This document shows positions 61,196 to 64,000 of a stretch of 64,000 bases of DNA, piece by piece. Source of the DNA: Squalus acanthias (taxonomy: Eukaryota). Where the stretch lies: the NCBI GenBank assembly GCA_030390025.1, contig CM059432.1, positions 147,252,001 through 147,316,000 of the forward strand, read 5' to 3'. A program made the position numbers and the translations under genes. Below the pieces are notes generated by a model. It had not been told where the DNA came from and ran no database searches. It was given only the letters and a program-made list of their open reading frames with translations. Position 1 is the stretch's first letter. The number at the start of each line of letters is the position of its first letter.

Positions 61196-64000
61196 ATGCC
61201 AGATTTTCAACCCATTAATTTAAATGAACAGGAGGTCGAACATCCCTTCCCACCCAACTTTCCCCTGTATATGTTTTCATGCTAAAAATTCACCACTCAA
61301 ATAATGACAATTTATCCTGCAATCAACATTATAATCACATCAAACAAACTAAGTAAATGTGACAAGGGCAGACTGGGTAAAGGAAAGAGACCACTCAACC
61401 AGGTTCTTGATATATGTATCTGGAAAGATTTTCTGATAGATTCACTGAAGAAATAGAATGATCCAACCTATTATATTTAGTTATGCAATTTCTCCCTGTG
61501 TTATATAGGTTTTCTCACTATAACAAAACATCCTTTTTTAATCATTATCGAAAATTTTCTCTTCAGGATTTTTTGATTCATTTCTTTGACTCTTCCTCAA
61601 CTTGTCAGAGGGCAAATATTACAATAAAGCAGTAAATTGGCCTAGCTTTGTAATCATTTGGAACAAGAATTTTTTTTGTCATTGGACAAAGCAATCCTTT
61701 TATTTAACACATTCCTTTTGAACAAATACAGTTGCCCAACCGCACAGAAAAAGCCAGTTCCTCCTCCAGTCTGTGCCTGAAAGGAGCCAGGGCTTTTATA
61801 TTCCTTTAGTCACTCATCCAACTAGTACCTTAGGGGGGAAGCATCACAGTACAGTTAGCTGTCTCAGTCTGTCATTTGCCAAGGGTGCTTGATCACTTAT
61901 AATATATGTGGTGTACTGTTTGTAAAGATTGTCAATGTTAACTACTGTATGTTATGGTACCCTACCTACACTGCTCTATATAATAAATGCAAATGATTAG
62001 CTTGCACTACACTGTACAATATGTGTTTCAGAGCAGTCAGAGCTTACCGTTAACCACTGATTAATGTGCACCACTTCTGTGATGTCCAAATGATTTGTTT
62101 ACGTCGTTCGTCTGTCACTTCCACTAACTGTTGACCTTTAAGCTAATGAAATGATTAACTTGTGGTAGCAGAGACGGGTCTTTGTAAGACCCCCTCTATG
62201 TTTTCTGCCATCATTTTGCTGTTGAACTCTGAAAACACAAAACTGGAAAGTTAAAGAAGCTGAACACAGGCGAGCAATTACACAGGATTTCACTTTGTTA
62301 CACGTTTAGTGTCTTTTCGTTGTGTGTTTTAGTGTTCATTGTATGGGACAGGGTGGCTGAACTACATTAATGCAACTTATGGGCCCAATGGAATCAAATT
62401 TAAAAAGTAATTTTAAAAGTCATATCATTCGAGGGCTGCACTGGGGAAGAAGTGCTTCTTGTTAAACCCCACAGCCGCTGCCTGTGGTGGAAGCAAATTG
62501 GAACAAGACGTAATTTCCCTCAGATTTACCTTTGGTTTCGTACAGCCACAGACAGTGATCAGCCTCATCAGTAACGGATTGTTTAAACCAGTAGTCTGAA
62601 GTATGTTTGAAAATTTGATAATGGAACCAAAATTTGGAGACCTTTAAGTTAAACGTAATAGAACTGTTTGGATAATACTTTGTACCCTAACTCTTAATAG
62701 CACGCTGCTCCTCCTCAATGGAAAGGGGGCGGAAGGAAACATTCTTACATAAATGGTGGACACATTGGTATCTAGTGAGACGTCTCTGATGTTGGTAACT
62801 GTTGGTAACTGGTGGTAGTCTCTGCTCCCTCTGATATGTGTGATAATTGTGTCTGGATGGACAGATTAATGGTGCGTCCACTTTGTCTGGGATGCAGTAA
62901 TAGGTGGTCATTTACATCTCTGAGCAGATGGCCACAGTAGAGGCACATTAGTCTCAGCACAGAGGTGTTAAGAATGGTTATAACAGTTTTGCTACTTAAA
63001 ATGTTAATATATTTTAGTTCTGTGAGGTGTGAGTAGGATAGATGTGTGCATATTGCATAATGTCTTTATGTTATCACTCCAGAAAGTGCAGGAAGTGGGA
63101 TGTTTCCAAAATGTGAGGTCTTGATGTGCGAATAGTGTACTGGAATCGTTTTTATATGAATCTGCGGTTTAAGTTATTACCTTTATGAATCGGTTCCAAC
63201 GAAGCCATCGCTGCACCGAGAAGATCTGCTGTTTGATAAATGGCTCGCTGTCTATCCAGCATGTGGGCAGTGGGTGTGCAAAAAACCTGCAAGTGCCAAA
63301 AGGGCTGTCTGATGAAGGCATTCAAAAACCACACAAGGGAATGTTCTATGTGAACATGAGATTTAGTGATGGGTCTGTAAATGAATACAATCCAATTATA
63401 GGAATCCATGCTTCAGGGAAAGCAATTCAGGCTGCACCTTATTGAGAATAGGACAGCAATTTGAATTTTAATTGAAAATTATAGAGCAGCACAAGGTGGC
63501 AATTCATTCAGTAGCAAAGTGTAAGAACAATATTCCACTGTACAGGAAAGTCTGATGTGAACTTTGAGCGGTAGCAACTTCAGTTGTTACTTACACAGCA
63601 ATCTGTTCTTACCACAGTGAGTACATTAAGGGCGCAGCAGTTGGCAATTTAGTTGCTAGGTTTTTACGTAATAAACTATTTTTATATAATTAAATTAATA
63701 TTCTATGCTGGGGTATACTCTGCATTTTGATAACATCACAATGTTCTCATCATGTAATTAGATCTTATCTTCTGTTCAACACTCAACGTCTATTGAATTA
63801 ATTTTATCAGCGGAACCTGTTATTAGGCACAGAATTGCTTCATGTTCAGGGACGTGCAAAGGGGAGTGGTTTAGAATCTTGCTGAAATACACAAAATGTT
63901 CATCCATAAGCGAAATGGCAGTGCTTGTGGCCTCAGCACCTTCTATAGAAGGAATTGCCGATAGGGGCAACTGCAGGAGCAGGTGCTTGAAGTAGCCAAC

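Noticed and set aside
1..64000. CRISPR array, prokaryotic operon or defence system
   Set aside because: No regularly spaced direct repeats or gene-dense operon structure; the content is vertebrate TE-derived.

Overview
This is eukaryotic, repeat-saturated vertebrate DNA, most likely from a shark or other cartilaginous fish (inferred from HE1-type V-SINE, SacSINE1/DeuSINE-type SINEs and the CR1/L2 content). No intact host protein-coding gene is recognisable, so the window looks intronic or intergenic. It is a layered mosaic of decayed and nested transposable elements. LINEs: many CR1 fragments (one keeps its 5' end with zinc finger and SGNH esterase ORF1), L2 3' ends and an Ingi/Vingi-like 3' end. 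DNA transposons: two near-full-length two-gene PIF/Harbinger elements (HARBI1-like DDE transposase plus spliced Myb/SANT gene, both pseudogenised), their deletion derivatives, several CpG-rich Harbinger MITE families, a Tc1/mariner MITE and a hAT-Charlie remnant. Other retroelements: four copies of a 229-bp solo LTR (three complete, with 5-bp TSDs) and two Penelope-like families. The most notable signals are minimal hammerhead ribozymes in the Penelope pseudo-LTRs (with stem-I covariation between copies), a Penelope fold-back, and Harbinger MITEs that keep both inward-facing promoter-like boxes of the parent element. All calls come from reading by eye; no database searches were run. I see no strong evidence for a wholly new biological system.
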